From contig CBFFRP010000436.1 in the NCBI GenBank assembly GCA_965644295.1, forward strand, positions 1 through 64,000: a stretch of DNA of 64,000 bases. Direction: 5' to 3'. Shown piece after piece: positions 26,988 through 39,469 of the stretch. A program made the position numbers and the translations under genes. Each line of letters begins with the position of its first letter. The stretch's first letter is position 1. The notes below the pieces were generated by a model. It did not search any database and was not told where the DNA came from. It saw only the letters and a program-made list of their open reading frames with translations. Origin of the DNA: Paraphysomonas bandaiensis. Its lineage: Eukaryota > Protista > Chrysophyceae.

Positions 26988-27151
26988 AGTTCTTTGGCAA
27001 TATCAGTTGTTTCTTCAATCAAAACACTGTTAACAGGTTGTCCATTTTTATCTGTCTGATAAGTCACTAAGCGCGTCCCCATCATACCATCAATGGCTCT
27101 GACTAAATCATCTCTATTATCGACAAGCTTAACACCACCTGCTTTACCGCG
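26981..27151 (-). pseudogene. sucC: 171-bp internal fragment of succinyl-CoA synthetase beta subunit
   Basis: [10 protein letters not shown]...[33 protein letters not shown]. Confidence 0.92.
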
Positions 27152-27736
27152 TAATTCTTTTGCCTCAGATTCCACCATTAAAATAGCGTTTTCAGTACCA
27201 GAAACCACCAAATCAAGTTCAGATGCTTGTAAATCAGTTGGCGATGGATTTAATGAATAGATACCATCGTTATAGCCAACACGCGCTGCAGCAACAGGCC
27301 CATCAAAAGGTACGCCTGATAAAGTGAGTGCGGCTGAAGTACCAATCAGCGCCAAAATATCTGGCTGCACATCAGGGTTTAATGACATAACTGTTGCAAC
27401 CACTTGCACTTCGTTTCTAAAGCCTTCAGGAAATAAAGGCCTAATAGGTCTATCGATTAAACGACAAGTTAGAATTTCTTGATCACTTGGTCGGCCTTCG
27501 CGTTTTAAGAAGCCACCAGGTATTTTTCCTGCCGCATAAAAGCGTTCCTGATAGTTAACGGTTAAAGGGAAAAAGCTATTGTTCTCTCCACCATCTTTTT
27601 TAAATACCACGGTCACCAAAACACGTGTACCGTTCATGCTAACCATGACACTTGAATCAGCTTGGCGTGCAATTTCACCTGTTTCTAAAACCAGTTGATG
27701 CTCACCAAATTGTATTTCTTTTATTATTTTAGACAC
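27152..27736 (-). pseudogene. pnp: Polynucleotide phosphorylase N-terminal fragment, fused in frame to the sucC piece
   Basis: [46 protein letters not shown]; ends at MVESEAKEL; GTG start inferred from GAGG RBS. Confidence 0.95.
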
Positions 27737-27750
27737 ATTTTTCCTCGCAT

Positions 27751-27774
27751 AAAAAAGGCGCAATAAAGCGCCTT
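27751..27774 (-). terminator. Intrinsic terminator between rpsO and pnp
   Basis: AAGGCGC-N6-GCGCCTT hairpin with U-tract on the minus strand. Confidence 0.75.
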
Positions 27775-27835
27775 AAATGAAAATTTGATAGAATTTCAGG
27801 CTATTAACTCTCATTAATAACCTCTCTATACCATA

Positions 27836-28079
27836 TTAATAAGAATCTCTTAATTTTAATTTTTCAATTAAAGAATAATAACGAGCACTTTCTTTTGACT
27901 TCAAGTACTTCAATAGCTTTTTGCGCTTATTCACCAATGTTAACAAACCACGACGAGAATGTACGTCTTTTTTGTGTTGTTTAAAGTGTTCGGTTAAATA
28001 GATAATTCGCGCAGTTAACAAAGACACTCGTTTTATTATCGTCAACAATTTCTGAAATTTGTGCACTTGTTAGTGACAT
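27836..28079 (-). pseudogene. rpsO: 30S ribosomal protein S15 with small deletion and frameshift
   Basis: [16 protein letters not shown] is out of frame with [19 protein letters not shown]; the conserved DTGSPEVQ segment is missing. Confidence 0.9.
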
Positions 28080-28216
28080 TTGTTACTCCTACGAACTGCT
28101 CTAACTCAGTTATATTATATAAACTCAAGTTAAATTAAAATTTTTAGTGGCGTATTCTAACGTTTATTTAAGTATAAAACAAGCATTAATGTACGACCAT
28201 TTCTTTTAAATTCTAG

Positions 28217-29107
28217 TTAGATATTATTTTGTATTAATCGTCTAACTTTTAGGCTATTATCACCATTGTATTGCCCTAAGCCAATAAACTCATCAGCTTC
28301 ATTAATCAACTGGTATAACGTGCCTGCATTCACCTTTTCATCAAGTTCTATCGTTTTACCAAAATACAGCGCCTGTTGTTGGCTGGCAGTAATGTTTACT
28401 ATAGGAAAATGTGACACCATCGACTGGATCGAGTAAAGCAAAGCCAATGGATTGGCGCTGTTTTCCAACTCCGACATTGAGATCATTGCTTTACCTTCAA
28501 AAGGACAAGAAAAATCTCGATGCAGCTTCGTAACAAAAGCACCCACTTCTAAGTAATTGCCAATATCTTCAACTAAATTTCGAATATATGTACCTTTGCT
28601 ACAACGTACACGAATCGTAAAAAAAGGTAGGTTAAAATTTTCTAAAGCCAGCTCATAAATGGTAATACGTCTTGCTTTTCGTTCAACTTCTATACCACGT
28701 CTTGCTAACTTATATAAAGGCACCCCATCTTTTTTTAAGGCTGAAAACATGGAAGGTACTTGCTCAATATTGCCTGTAAAGTGCTGCAAAGCTCTTAATA
28801 TATCGGACTCAATTATGTGACTCGGATCTTGTGATGTTAAGACTTCACCTTCGGCATCTTGGGTAGAGGTTGTTTCACCAAGCTTACCTGTGGCTGTATA
28901 TCCTTTGTCCGCATCCAACATGAATTGACTGAACTTAGTTGCATCACCAAAACAGATGGGGAGCATACCTGAGGCCTGAGGATCCAAACTACCCGTGTGA
29001 CCTGCTTTTTTAGCTTGAAACAAACGTTTAACCGTTTGTAGTACTTTATTAGATGATTGATTTAGGGGCTTATTTAATAACAAAACCCCATCAATTCGCT
29101 TTAACAC
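28217..29107 (-). CDS. truB: tRNA pseudouridine(55) synthase
   Basis: GVLLLNKP, KKAGHTGSLDP, CSKGTYIR; operon position. Confidence 0.96.
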   Translation of the reverse strand: MLKRIDGVLLLNKPLNQSSNKVLQTVKRLFQAKKAGHTGSLDPQASGMLPICFGDATKFSQFMLDADKGYTATGKLGETTSTQDAEGEVLTSQDPSHIIESDILRALQHFTGNIEQVPSMFSALKKDGVPLYKLARRGIEVERKARRITIYELALENFNLPFFTIRVRCSKGTYIRNLVEDIGNYLEVGAFVTKLHRDFSCPFEGKAMISMSELENSANPLALLYSIQSMVSHFPIVNITASQQQALYFGKTIELDEKVNAGTLYQLINEADEFIGLGQYNGDNSLKVRRLIQNNI

Positions 29108-29500
29108 CTAGTTAACTGCTTCTTGTTGAAAATTATCATCTTGAGAAGTCGCTGGCACAACATCGTCGATTAAACGACGCAATTTAGCACCATACTCGAT
29201 AGATTCATCATAAACAAAACGTAGCTGAGGTACGACACGAAACTTCATACTGCGAGCAAGCGCCGTTCTTAAGAAACTGGCACCATTATTTAAAATACTT
29301 AAAGTCATGTCGCTGTCAGATTTTTTACCTAATACAGTAATATACACTTTTGCAATAGACATATCAGGCGATACTTTAACAGCAGATACAGTTATGATTT
29401 GAGGTAATCTCGGATCTTTTAATTCCATTTGAATAATTTGCGCGAGCTTCCTTTGGATTAAACCAGATACGCGGTCTGTTCTCTTAAAATCACTTGTCAT
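29108..29500 (-). CDS. rbfA: Ribosome-binding factor A
   Basis: RTDRV, KDPRL, VSPDMSIAKVYIT, RVVPQLRFVYDES. Confidence 0.96.
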   Translation of the reverse strand: MTSDFKRTDRVSGLIQRKLAQIIQMELKDPRLPQIITVSAVKVSPDMSIAKVYITVLGKKSDSDMTLSILNNGASFLRTALARSMKFRVVPQLRFVYDESIEYGAKLRRLIDDVVPATSQDDNFQQEAVN

Positions 29501-29509
29501 TTTACTTCT

Positions 29510-29902
29510 TTAAACCTTTGTTTGAGCGAGTTCACGTTTTACTTCAATGGTTTCAAATACTTCAATTTGATCCCCTTCGCGAACATCGTTGTAATTCTTA
29601 ACACCAATACCACATTCAAAGCCTTGGCGTACTTCCACCACATCATCTTTAAAACGACGCAGTGACTCTAAGGTGCCCTCATAGATAACAACGTTATCAC
29701 GCAAAACACGAATTGGGTTATTACGCTTGATACTGCCTTCAATAACCATACAACCTGCAATAGCACCCAGTTTTGGAGAACGGAAAACATCGCGCACTTG
29801 AGCAATACCGACAATTTGTTCTTTAAATTCAGGAGCAAGCATACCTGTTAAGGCTTTCTTAACTTGATCAACCACATCATAAATAACGCTGTAATAATGA
29901 AT
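29510..29902 (-). pseudogene. infB: Translation initiation factor IF-2, C-terminal fragment
   Basis: [39 protein letters not shown]; upstream part replaced by unrelated antisense DNA. Confidence 0.95.
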
Positions 29903-30615
29903 AACACTTATTACAAGAAAAAAAGCAATTACAAAAAGCCCTCGCACTTGCGCAAAAAGAATTGGCCTTATTATCTCCTTTAGTTAAACATGGCTCTGTA
30001 TCAGAAGTAGAACTCATCCGTGCAGAGCGATTAGTTAATGAAATACAAAGTAAAATTCTAGCTTTCAATAGCCAAGCACTAAAAGAGCTTAACCATGCAA
30101 AAGCAGAACTAAATAGCTTAAAAGAATTATATGTGGCAGATAAAGATCGCTTACAAAGAACCACCATTCGCGCCCCACTAAAAGGGATCGTAAAACAAAT
30201 TAATATTAATACCATAGGTGGCGTAATCAAACCGGGTATGGACTTAATAGAAATAGTCCCCATAGAAGACACCTTATTAATAGAAGCCAAAATACGCCCC
30301 TCAGACATAGGGTTTATTCACCCCAAACAAAAAGCCATGGTTAAAATCACCGCTTATGATTATTCAATTTATGGAGGGCTTAAAGGAACAGTTGAGCACA
30401 TTAGTGCTGATACTATCGTCAATGATAAAGACGAAAGCTTTTATTTAATCAAAGTTAGAACCAACAAAAACTACTTAGGCACAGAAAAAAAACCACTCGC
30501 CATTATCCCTGGTATGCAAGCATCTGTAGATATTTTAACCGGCAAAAAATCGGTATTAGATTATCTGCTAAACCCCATACTTAAAGCAAAACATAAAGCA
30601 TTAAGAGAACGTTAA
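29903..30615 (+). pseudogene. HlyD-family type I secretion membrane fusion protein, C-terminal fragment
   Basis: TIRAPLKGIVK, GGVIKPG, PSDIGFI, KITAYDYSIYG, DYLLNPI; N-terminal TM half absent. Confidence 0.92.
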
Positions 30616-30865
30616 TTATGCCCGGCGCTCTAGAGGCCAAATGATTTAGGACTTATTGTTTTTTTTTATATCATTGCAGAGACATATCGCATATTTTTCT
30701 TGATTTTCATCTTAAACCGTCCAAACTATAAAAATCGCGCCTTATAACTAAGCGCTACACAGGGCATAACAAGATTTGTTCAATCCAATTTTGACCAAAA
30801 CAATTTACCCCCCCCATCACAAAAAGTGAAAAGGAATTTTCTGAGAATGATTAAGGACTAATAGA

Positions 30866-31495
30866 ATGAAGAATAAAAAAAGATACAAAACCTTAGTATT
30901 GCTAGCTTCACTGACATCAAGTTTGCCATGCTTTTCAATTACATTAGAAGAAGCTGTCCAACATGCCTTGTTATCCAACCCAGATATCCAATTTAATGTA
31001 GCAAAGAGTCTTTCATCTCAACAAGAAATGGAGGTTGCCAAAGGCCGTTATTACCCTTCTATAGACATACGTATGGGCATTGGCCGCGAAGAAACCGAAA
31101 ATGCAATTACAAATTCAAGTAGTATTGTCAGTACAGACGATCCCTTAACTAGAAAAGAATTTAGCATTGAATTAAAACAAAATATATTTTCAGGGTTTGG
31201 TATTGTTGGCGAAAAACAACGATTAGAAAATATGTGGAATGCGCAGCAATACAAAACTTATGGGGTAGCCGAAGATTTAAGCCTAGATGTGGCCGAGAAA
31301 TATTTAGCCGTATTAAAGCAACAACGTCTGCTCCAATTAGCACGCGCAAATATTACAGAGCATCAACGTATACTGAATATGATAAAACAACGCTCTAATG
31401 CTGGGGTGAGTCGTCAAGCTGAAATGGAACAAGCAAAAGGCCGTCTGGCTTTAGCTCATAGTAATTTCATCAGCGTTGAAAATGATTTAAGAGAC
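30866..31495 (+). pseudogene. TolC/LapE-type outer membrane protein, N-terminal ~210 aa
   Basis: Signal peptide, ITLEEAVQHALLSNP, AKGRYYPSID, QAKGRLALA; similarity ends abruptly at ENDLRD. Confidence 0.85.
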
Positions 31496-31903
31496 TGGGC
31501 AGCACAATCACCTGCTGTAACAGAGAATGCTGAAAATTCAGAAAAAACAAACTCTGAAGAAGAGAAAAATGACTCAACTAATCAAGATACTATTATAATT
31601 ACAGCGCAAACTGGTATTGATAAAACAAACGAGGTGGTTGAGCAAGCAACTGACGAAGTTAAAGCACAAAAAGATGTTGTTCTTAACCCTGCGTTAGTTG
31701 GCATGGTTAAAGAAAGTGCCGCAAGTACTCAAGCAACACTTGAAAATGAAAGCATTAATAGTGAAACAAATGACACACCTGTCACAATTGATTCACCAAC
31801 TGTTGATACTAAAAAAGTGGTGGAAAAATCTGCGCCTGTTGAAAACACAGACAAAAACGATGATATAAATGAAGAAAGCAGCTCTTTAGGCTTAACTGCA
31901 TAA
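31496..31903 (+). pseudogene. Acidic low-complexity C-terminal fragment of an unrelated bacterial gene, fused in frame to TolC
   Basis: Abrupt change to E/N/T/S-rich sequence, followed by a terminator. Confidence 0.65.
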
Positions 31904-31920
31904 ACTCTTCCTTTCTTTAT

Positions 31921-31960
31921 AACCCTTACTCAGGATCTTTTTTCTGGGTATGGGGTTTTC
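31921..31960 (+). terminator. Intrinsic terminator
   Basis: AACCCTTACTCAGGA..TCTGGGTATGGGGTTTT hairpin after the stop codon. Confidence 0.7.
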
Positions 31961-32129
31961 TAATTTAATACTTCCACACTTCTCATTTAACTGCACACAA
32001 CTTCTGTTGCTGTCTACCACATTATTCTTAGCTGTCCAGAAGTGAGATCGCGATATATCGCGAGTGCGTTGATTTTCATAGCATTTGAATGTTTTTTTCT
32101 CTGTCGGAAGTTGTCCGAAAAGAATGACA

Positions 32130-33195
32130 AAATGGACTCAAAAGGTTGCCTTTGTCACATCTTTCCATTCGGTCATTCATGACTCTAATTTATAATATAT
32201 ATCACCCCATCTTTTTAGATCATCTTCCTGTATCATTCATCTTGCACTGTGTCAAAGGATTATCGCCAAAGAGCTCTTTGCTTCGATATGGAAGAGGTTG
32301 AAGATGGCCTGCTTTGCTTGCTATCTCAGAGTGTCTAATGGACTTTTCTGAACTTAATAGTATACAATTGCTTACGTTTTCCCATAATGGAAAACAGTTT
32401 TGTGCGTTTAATGAGATTTTTTCTTTTCTCACTGCCATTTTCAAGTCTCATGAGAATATCCCTTGCTCGGAGCCGCATCAGTTATACCAGTACCCACAAT
32501 TCCTCGTCCTGAGGCCGTTTCTTTCGGAGACATGACATATTTACAGTTCAGGGACGCATTGGTAAAGACCTTTATGGAAAATCCTATAGACTTCAGGGGA
32601 AACATGTTGTCATTAGGATTTAACTCCGATAAACATTTGAATGAGTTGCAGGATCTGTGCCGTGGATTATTTCTGGCAGAATTGCACGCCAATACTCACT
32701 GGTTCGGTGGGAGACAATATTCAGAGCTTCTGGTCTCTGTAATGTCAACACTTTCCATGTCTTATGGAAGCAATTGAGTTTGGTTATTCGGCAAGTTCAT
32801 TGACTGGCACATCAGCGGAGCAGATGTTTTCCTACGCTGATCGACAATGCAAAGCAAATAGTAGGGTCCAGGCCAATATGTCCCTCAGAGGTTCATGTCA
32901 AGGTAACACTCCTAAACAACCTCTTCGACATAAGCAAAATTTCAATCAATGCAAATCTTGGTGTTCATTTCAAGTACCCCATTTCTTGCTATTATACTAT
33001 TAGGCCTTATTCTTCATAATAATCAAGCATTACCTTTTAACAATACAAAGTGTATCTTTCATTAAACGCTAAGAGATAAAGAATACAAGTAAGTTTACTA
33101 CGAGTGATGCAGCAGATGATTACGTTAATTTAGTAGATGTGATGATATCTCATTTGCAAATGCTTGAAGCAGCTGTTATTGAAAATAACATCTAG
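32130..33195 (+). pseudogene. Unknown eukaryotic, possibly TE-borne, gene remnant
   Basis: Overlapping frameshifted ORFs 32314-33003 and GT-AG-like boundaries; no recognisable domain. Confidence 0.3.
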
Positions 33196-34276
33196 CCACT
33201 GTACCGTAATAATATATACCAACTATTTTTTCATTGTTGAGCCGTTTCTAGTTTTATTAATTAATGTGATAATAATTATTATATCAGCACAATATATAAT
33301 AGTGAATTTATAAATGTACTGTAATTGCGGTCGGTGAAAACTAACCAGCAAATCATGGATACAAATGCAAAAAATACGTCAAAGCAGCACATATATATCA
33401 AACATTATACATAATATATCACACATCATGCAAGGGATATATCGTCAAAAGTTCGTGCATCGCTGCAGTTCCTGTTGGAAACAACATAAATAAACAAACG
33501 CTCAAAATTTGAAGGTTTAACATTTTCACCTGATTGATAATTCTTATTCCAAAGGCCAGTAATGTGTTTTTGGAAGTGAAAAATGATGTCAAGAAAATAA
33601 ATGCCAATGTAGCCGAGAGAGGCTTAGAAACACAACGCCACAGGTAAAAGCAATAACATGCAATTACTTGTGTTTACTCATTAGGAAACCGCATATAGAC
33701 CAGTTCCTGGGCCTTCATCTCTGCAGTAGTAGCCTTGCAGCGGCTACGCCCACCCTTCAATTTACTATACGAGGGGATGTAATATATACATATAAGTTTT
33801 ATATATGAAGGCTATGTATGATATTGTTATTCCACATTAGCTATCAAGTCGCTGGAAGTCTAGCTCTGGATGGGGCACCACCGTTGGCCAGTGTTGGCTA
33901 CCTGCGCATTACACCCTAAGAGCACTACATGTACACTCAATCCAAAACAACAACACAAGTCACTCTGCGGTATGTGGCATATAAGAAGTGATGACCTTAA
34001 ACCGAGACAACTACTGATGACAAAGATACACAAGGCATATATGGGAACTAGTTTACCTAAATATATATTGATAAGAACAGCGTAATGAACCTGCATCTGA
34101 ACTCTCTCCTTCATACTATCCGGATGGATACTGTATCCAGATATGCATCATATATAGCAACGCACATATTCTCGTGTAGTACAGTATTACTGACGGTAGT
34201 ACAACAGACACCGAAATGAAACCTCCAAAAAGCCTTTTTTTGCAGTGATTTTTGGGATTTCATTTCTGGACCAAGA

Positions 34277-37200
34277 AATTGTGTAAATAGAGTATGTATT
34301 TTGTATATACGGTTGCTGGTATACTGGCAGGAGTGTGTTGTATATGAGGGTCATGTGACCATAAATAGACACACAGACAGTCTATTGTGGGGTGAAATTA
34401 TGACCCCACCTGCAGATTAAAACAAAGGACGATTGATGGAGTCGTTAATGGACTGATATTACTTCACTGTACTGCAAGATTCATGCTGTTCAAGACCAGT
34501 ATGATGACTTTTATCCGCTTGAGACAACTGCTTCATGTGTGTGGTTATTGCCATCAGAAGAGACAGTGAAGTGGAAGAGGGCCCTTACAAGAGGATAAAA
34601 TACTGCTTGAATCGTTATTTTGCAGAATGCATGCTCAGTGTGCATCCTGTGAAGTTCTCCCGATAATTCATGGATTCAAGTAATGTGACCGTTAGCATCT
34701 TCAATATCCATCAATGGGGGGCAGCGCTCATATTAGTATTATTAATGCATGCAAGTAATAGAAATAATATTTTGGGTAAATTATTTCCTATATATACACC
34801 TCTGTATCAGTATCGTACCCGATAAGTTATCTCGGTGTAAGATCGGTGTAAGCTAACTGAACTCAGATTGGCGGTGAAGACATCTGAAGTGCACAATGCT
34901 TCTGCTTCTTAGCAGGTGATTGGGAGCTAGTTTACACTTTGGTTCAGATTTCTCGTGGTATGTATATTAGTAGGTTCTAAGTAGTAATTGCCGTTAATTT
35001 TTACTTCGTAAGATGTTAATGCTTTGTCTTTTCATGATTGATACAGATCTGCAATATTGCTGGTTTTTATATTATTTCCTACTTTTCAATATATATATTA
35101 TACTGTGTTTATTGTTGTTAATTATAGTACCTCTAGGTCGTATTGGTATTATATTTTTAGGTAGTACCTATAGGTAGTATTGATTCAGTTTCGCTTAATC
35201 CAAAAGCCAAGCCTATGTCTCGGATTTGATCCTCACTAGCATTGGCAATGGAAGGGTCGCTCTAACCCTCCAAGCATAAGCCTGAGGGTCCTTCTCACTG
35301 ACTCAAATTTAGTAGACTCTTGTGCGCTATCAAGAGTCTCCTCCTCCATAATAATAACAATATAATCAAGTCACAATGAACAAATATATGTCTACAACTA
35401 CAATGCTATCTACCAGCAATTTCAAGAGTAAGGAAATTGCATCTTATTATCAATAATCAATATAAATACTATCTACGATTCCGTGATCAATGGAATGAAC
35501 ATCATTCATATTCAATACCAAACACATCAGTCTAACACAGTTGATCATAATAACTCATTACAACTGTATAAGGGAAGATACATTCAGTATTCTCATTGTA
35601 GTTGAAGCCTGGTATTCGTACTCCTTAGTACAATCAATCCCCAATAAGCACTGAAGGAAATACGTAATGTATAACTGTATTACTGGATAATCTGGCAATA
35701 CACATCTATCAGCGTGGATATCAAACCCGGAATTCTCCAGTAAACTTCTCCAGCCTTAAAGTCAATATATATATATAATAAGAACATATATATATGTATC
35801 ATCCATCATCATTATCATCATTATGTCTCATTATTGATAATCATGTCTTTCTTTGTCTTTTGAATGATTATGTAAATATCAATGATAAGCATGAATTGTC
35901 ATAGTCATAATATATCATATATCTTAGTGTGAGTTATGGTAATAATAATAATATTCAAATTATGTTTGCACAGATAGTATGTACAAACTTAAGCATATAC
36001 AATAGAGAGCTTGTAGAATAGAATAACCTGATAGCTGGTTATTACAATCATGGTAATGTCAACATAATATTCTACTAATAGGCTGGCGTATTCATCCTCT
36101 GCAGAGTGTTACAGGTAGCACTAATATTCTATTTATGATAGATGGTAAATATCAAGATACAAAGCACCCTATATCTAGGTGACAATGATTGACATGCTCC
36201 AACACAGTATCTTTATATACATCAATACGCACAGGACACTATGAGAAAGTATCTATAAATGATACAGTCATCGTAGTATTTACCTTCAAATCAGAGAGGA
36301 GAATGACACTCAAGTGGAGTTATTCTTATGTGAGTCTCTGATGATCAGCTCTGCAGTATGAGTATATTAATATGCTCTGTTTCGAACCACTAAATTGAAT
36401 ATATTACAATATCATCCGATCGTATTACCTGAGAGCCCTCTGGTGTTATGGTCACGGAATCAACTCTGCTATCTCTGTCTTTGAAATAGACCAACTCTCC
36501 TGTATGAATGCCACTTAACCATACCTTTCACCAGCTAAATCAACAACCAGCAGCATGTGGCATGAAAGAACTATGAGCTCATGTATTCCCAGTGAGGTTA
36601 TGATCATATCACAGCCTGCATTCCTCTTTACTACAAGAACTATCGCATCATATTCTGTATGTGAAGCTCACAGACATCTGCCTGTCTCTCCTGGATTCTG
36701 TGGACAATATGCCGATTATTATCTTGAAAATGTGTAGTTTTGTGTCATTTTTGAGTGAAAAACCAGGGGATTTTTTAGTTTAGGTTGTGTAATTCATTTT
36801 ACATAGTTCTTCTAGTTTCGCTAAACCCAAAAACTCACACACATCTATGTAAAACTAAAGGCTGGAATTTTGGGAGTTGTGTAAAATAATTTACACGAGA
36901 AAAAATTATTCTCTATTGTAGTGTGTGTGAGTTTTTGGGTTTAGCGAAACTAGAAGAACTATGTAAAATGAATTACACAACCTAAACTAAAAAATCCCCT
37001 GTTTTTTCACTCAAATATGTCACAAAACTACACATTTTCAAGATAATAATCGGCATATTGTACACAGAATCCAGAGACAGATGTCTGTTAGCTTCACATA
37101 AAGGATACGATGCGATACTTTTACAGTAATAAGAGGAACGCATGCTGATATGATCATAACCTCACTGGGAATACATGAGCTCATAGTTCTTTCATGCCAC

Positions 37201-39434
37201 ATGCTGCTGGTTGTTGATTCAGCTGGTGAAAGGTATGGTTAAGTGGCATTCATACAGGAGAGTTGGTCTATTTCAAAGACAGAGATAGCAGAGTTGATTT
37301 CATGACCATAACACCAGAGGGCTCTCAGGTAATACGATCGGATGATATTGTAATATATTCAATTTAGTGGTTCGAAACAGAGCATATGAATATACTCATA
37401 CTGCAGAGCTGATCATCAGAGAGACTCACATAAGAATAACTCCACTTGAGTGTCATTCTCCTCTCTGATTTGAAGGTAAATACTACTATGATTGTATCAT
37501 TTATAGATACTTTCTCATAGTGTCCTGTGCGTATTGATGTATATAAAGATACTGTGTTGGAGCATGTCAATCATTGTTGACGTGCAGCATACTCTGCGGA
37601 GCCGTATGAACTCGATTGTCCTGTAACACCAGAGGAGTCTTAGGGTAACGTTCTTGAATTATGTTGTGAAAATATTTAATTTAGAAATTTTGATTCTATG
37701 ATACAGAGCATATGACGAAAATGACACTTCAGAGTTCGATAATGGAGAGACCCACGCAAGAATAACTTCAATTGTCAATTGAGTATGTATATACTAATAT
37801 GAATGTAAGATATATTACTTTCTCACTGTGCCCTATACGTATTGATGTAAATAAGGACGGTGTATTGAAACATGTCAATCATTGTCACCTAGATATAGGG
37901 TGCTTTGTATCTTGATATTTACCATCTATCTTAAATAGAATATTAGTGCTACCTGTAACACTCTGCAGAGGATGAATACGCCAGCCTATTAGTAGAATAT
38001 TATGTTGACATTACCATGATACCTGGTAATCGTAGGTAGTATATATTGATTATTCATAATAAGATGCAATTTCTTCACTCTGGAAGTTGCTTGTAAATAG
38101 TATTGTAATTGTAGACTTATCCATAGTTGTTGATTTATGATTTATTGCTATTATGGAAGAAGCGCCTAAGAAAGACGTTCTAAGTTAAGTGCAGCTATTG
38201 CAGTACTAAGAATGCTGTTGGAAGAAAATGATCCACTAATGGCTGGTTACCCCAATGAGGAGTATGTCAGGAGCGTTGGACTTATGGTTGGATTAAATGA
38301 TGCCAATATCGACATATCGACATATGATATTGCACTAATACACGTGCCTAATCGCCTCCCTATAGGTGGTATCTATAACCTCTACATTTCCTACTGATAA
38401 GTATCCCTATTTATATTAAAATGTACCTACAGGCACTGCCTACATGTATCAATACTACCTATAGGTACTACCTAAAAATATAATACCAATACGACCTAGA
38501 GGTACTATAATTAACAACAATAAACACAGTATAATATATATATTGCAAAGTAGGAAATAATATAAAAACCAGCAATATTGCAGATCTGTATCAATTATGA
38601 AAAGACAAAGCATGTATTCAATTAAAATAAGATGGTATTCGCATTAACATCTTACGAAGTAAAAATTAACGGCAATTACTACTTAGAACCTACTAATATA
38701 CATACCACGAGAAATCTGAACCAAAGTGTAAACTAGCTCCCAATCACCTGCTAAGAAGCAGAAGCATTGTGCACTTCAGATGTCTTCACCGCCAATCTGA
38801 GTTCAGTTAGCTTCCAAGGTAATGATAACATTTGTTCGTCCAAGCCATCTTACACCGATCTTACACCGAGATAACTTCTCGGGTACGATACTGATACAGA
38901 GGTGTATATATAGGAAATAATTTACCCAAAATATTATTTCTATTAATTGCATGCATTAATAATACTAACATGAACGCTGCCCCCCATTGATGGATATTGA
39001 AGATGCTAACGGTCACATTACTTGAATCCATGAATTATCGGGAGAACTTCACATGATGCACACTGAGCATGCATTCTGCAAAATAACGATTCAAGCAGTA
39101 TTTTATCCTCTTGTAAGGGCCCTCTTCCACTTCACTGTCTCTTCTGATGGCAATAACCACACACATGACTCAGTTGTCTCAAGCGGATAAAAGTCATCAT
39201 ACTGGTCTTGAACAGCATGAATCTTGCAGTACAGTGAAGTCATGTCAGTCCATTAACGACTCCATCAATCGTCCTTTGTTTTAATCTGCAGGTTGGGTCA
39301 TAATTTCTCCCCACAATAGACTGTCTGTGTGTCTATGTATGGTCACATGACCCTCACATCTAACACACTCCTGCCAGTATACCAGCAACCGTATATACAA
39401 AATACATACTCTAATAATACGTAATTTACACAAT
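34277..39434. repeat. ~5.1-kb imperfect palindrome (arms 34277-36843 and 36922-39434, ~78-bp spacer)
   Basis: 34277-35180 mirrors 38449-39434; 36047-36843 mirrors 36922-38020 with an extra block; middle segments more diverged. Confidence 0.95.
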
Positions 39435-39469
39435 TTTACATAGTTTCGACCGTTTAGAAAAATGGTCCA

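Larger units (their letters stand above)
24940..31965. other. Bacterial (Legionellales-like) DNA mosaic inserted in eukaryotic sequence
   Basis: Intronless, gene-dense, RBS motifs, operon order infB-rbfA-truB-rpsO-pnp, intrinsic terminators, internal chimeric junctions. Confidence 0.93.

Noticed and set aside
26756-27763. Functional 335-aa PNPase
   Set aside because: Only the N-terminal ~195 aa are PNPase; the rest is SucC and antisense sequence
30866-31903. Complete TolC or a functional type I secretion system
   Set aside because: TolC and HlyD are truncated and no ABC transporter is present
24940-31965. Hi-C ligation artefact
   Set aside because: No GATC/GANTC ligation signature at the junctions and rpsO is damaged; other chimera types still need read-level exclusion
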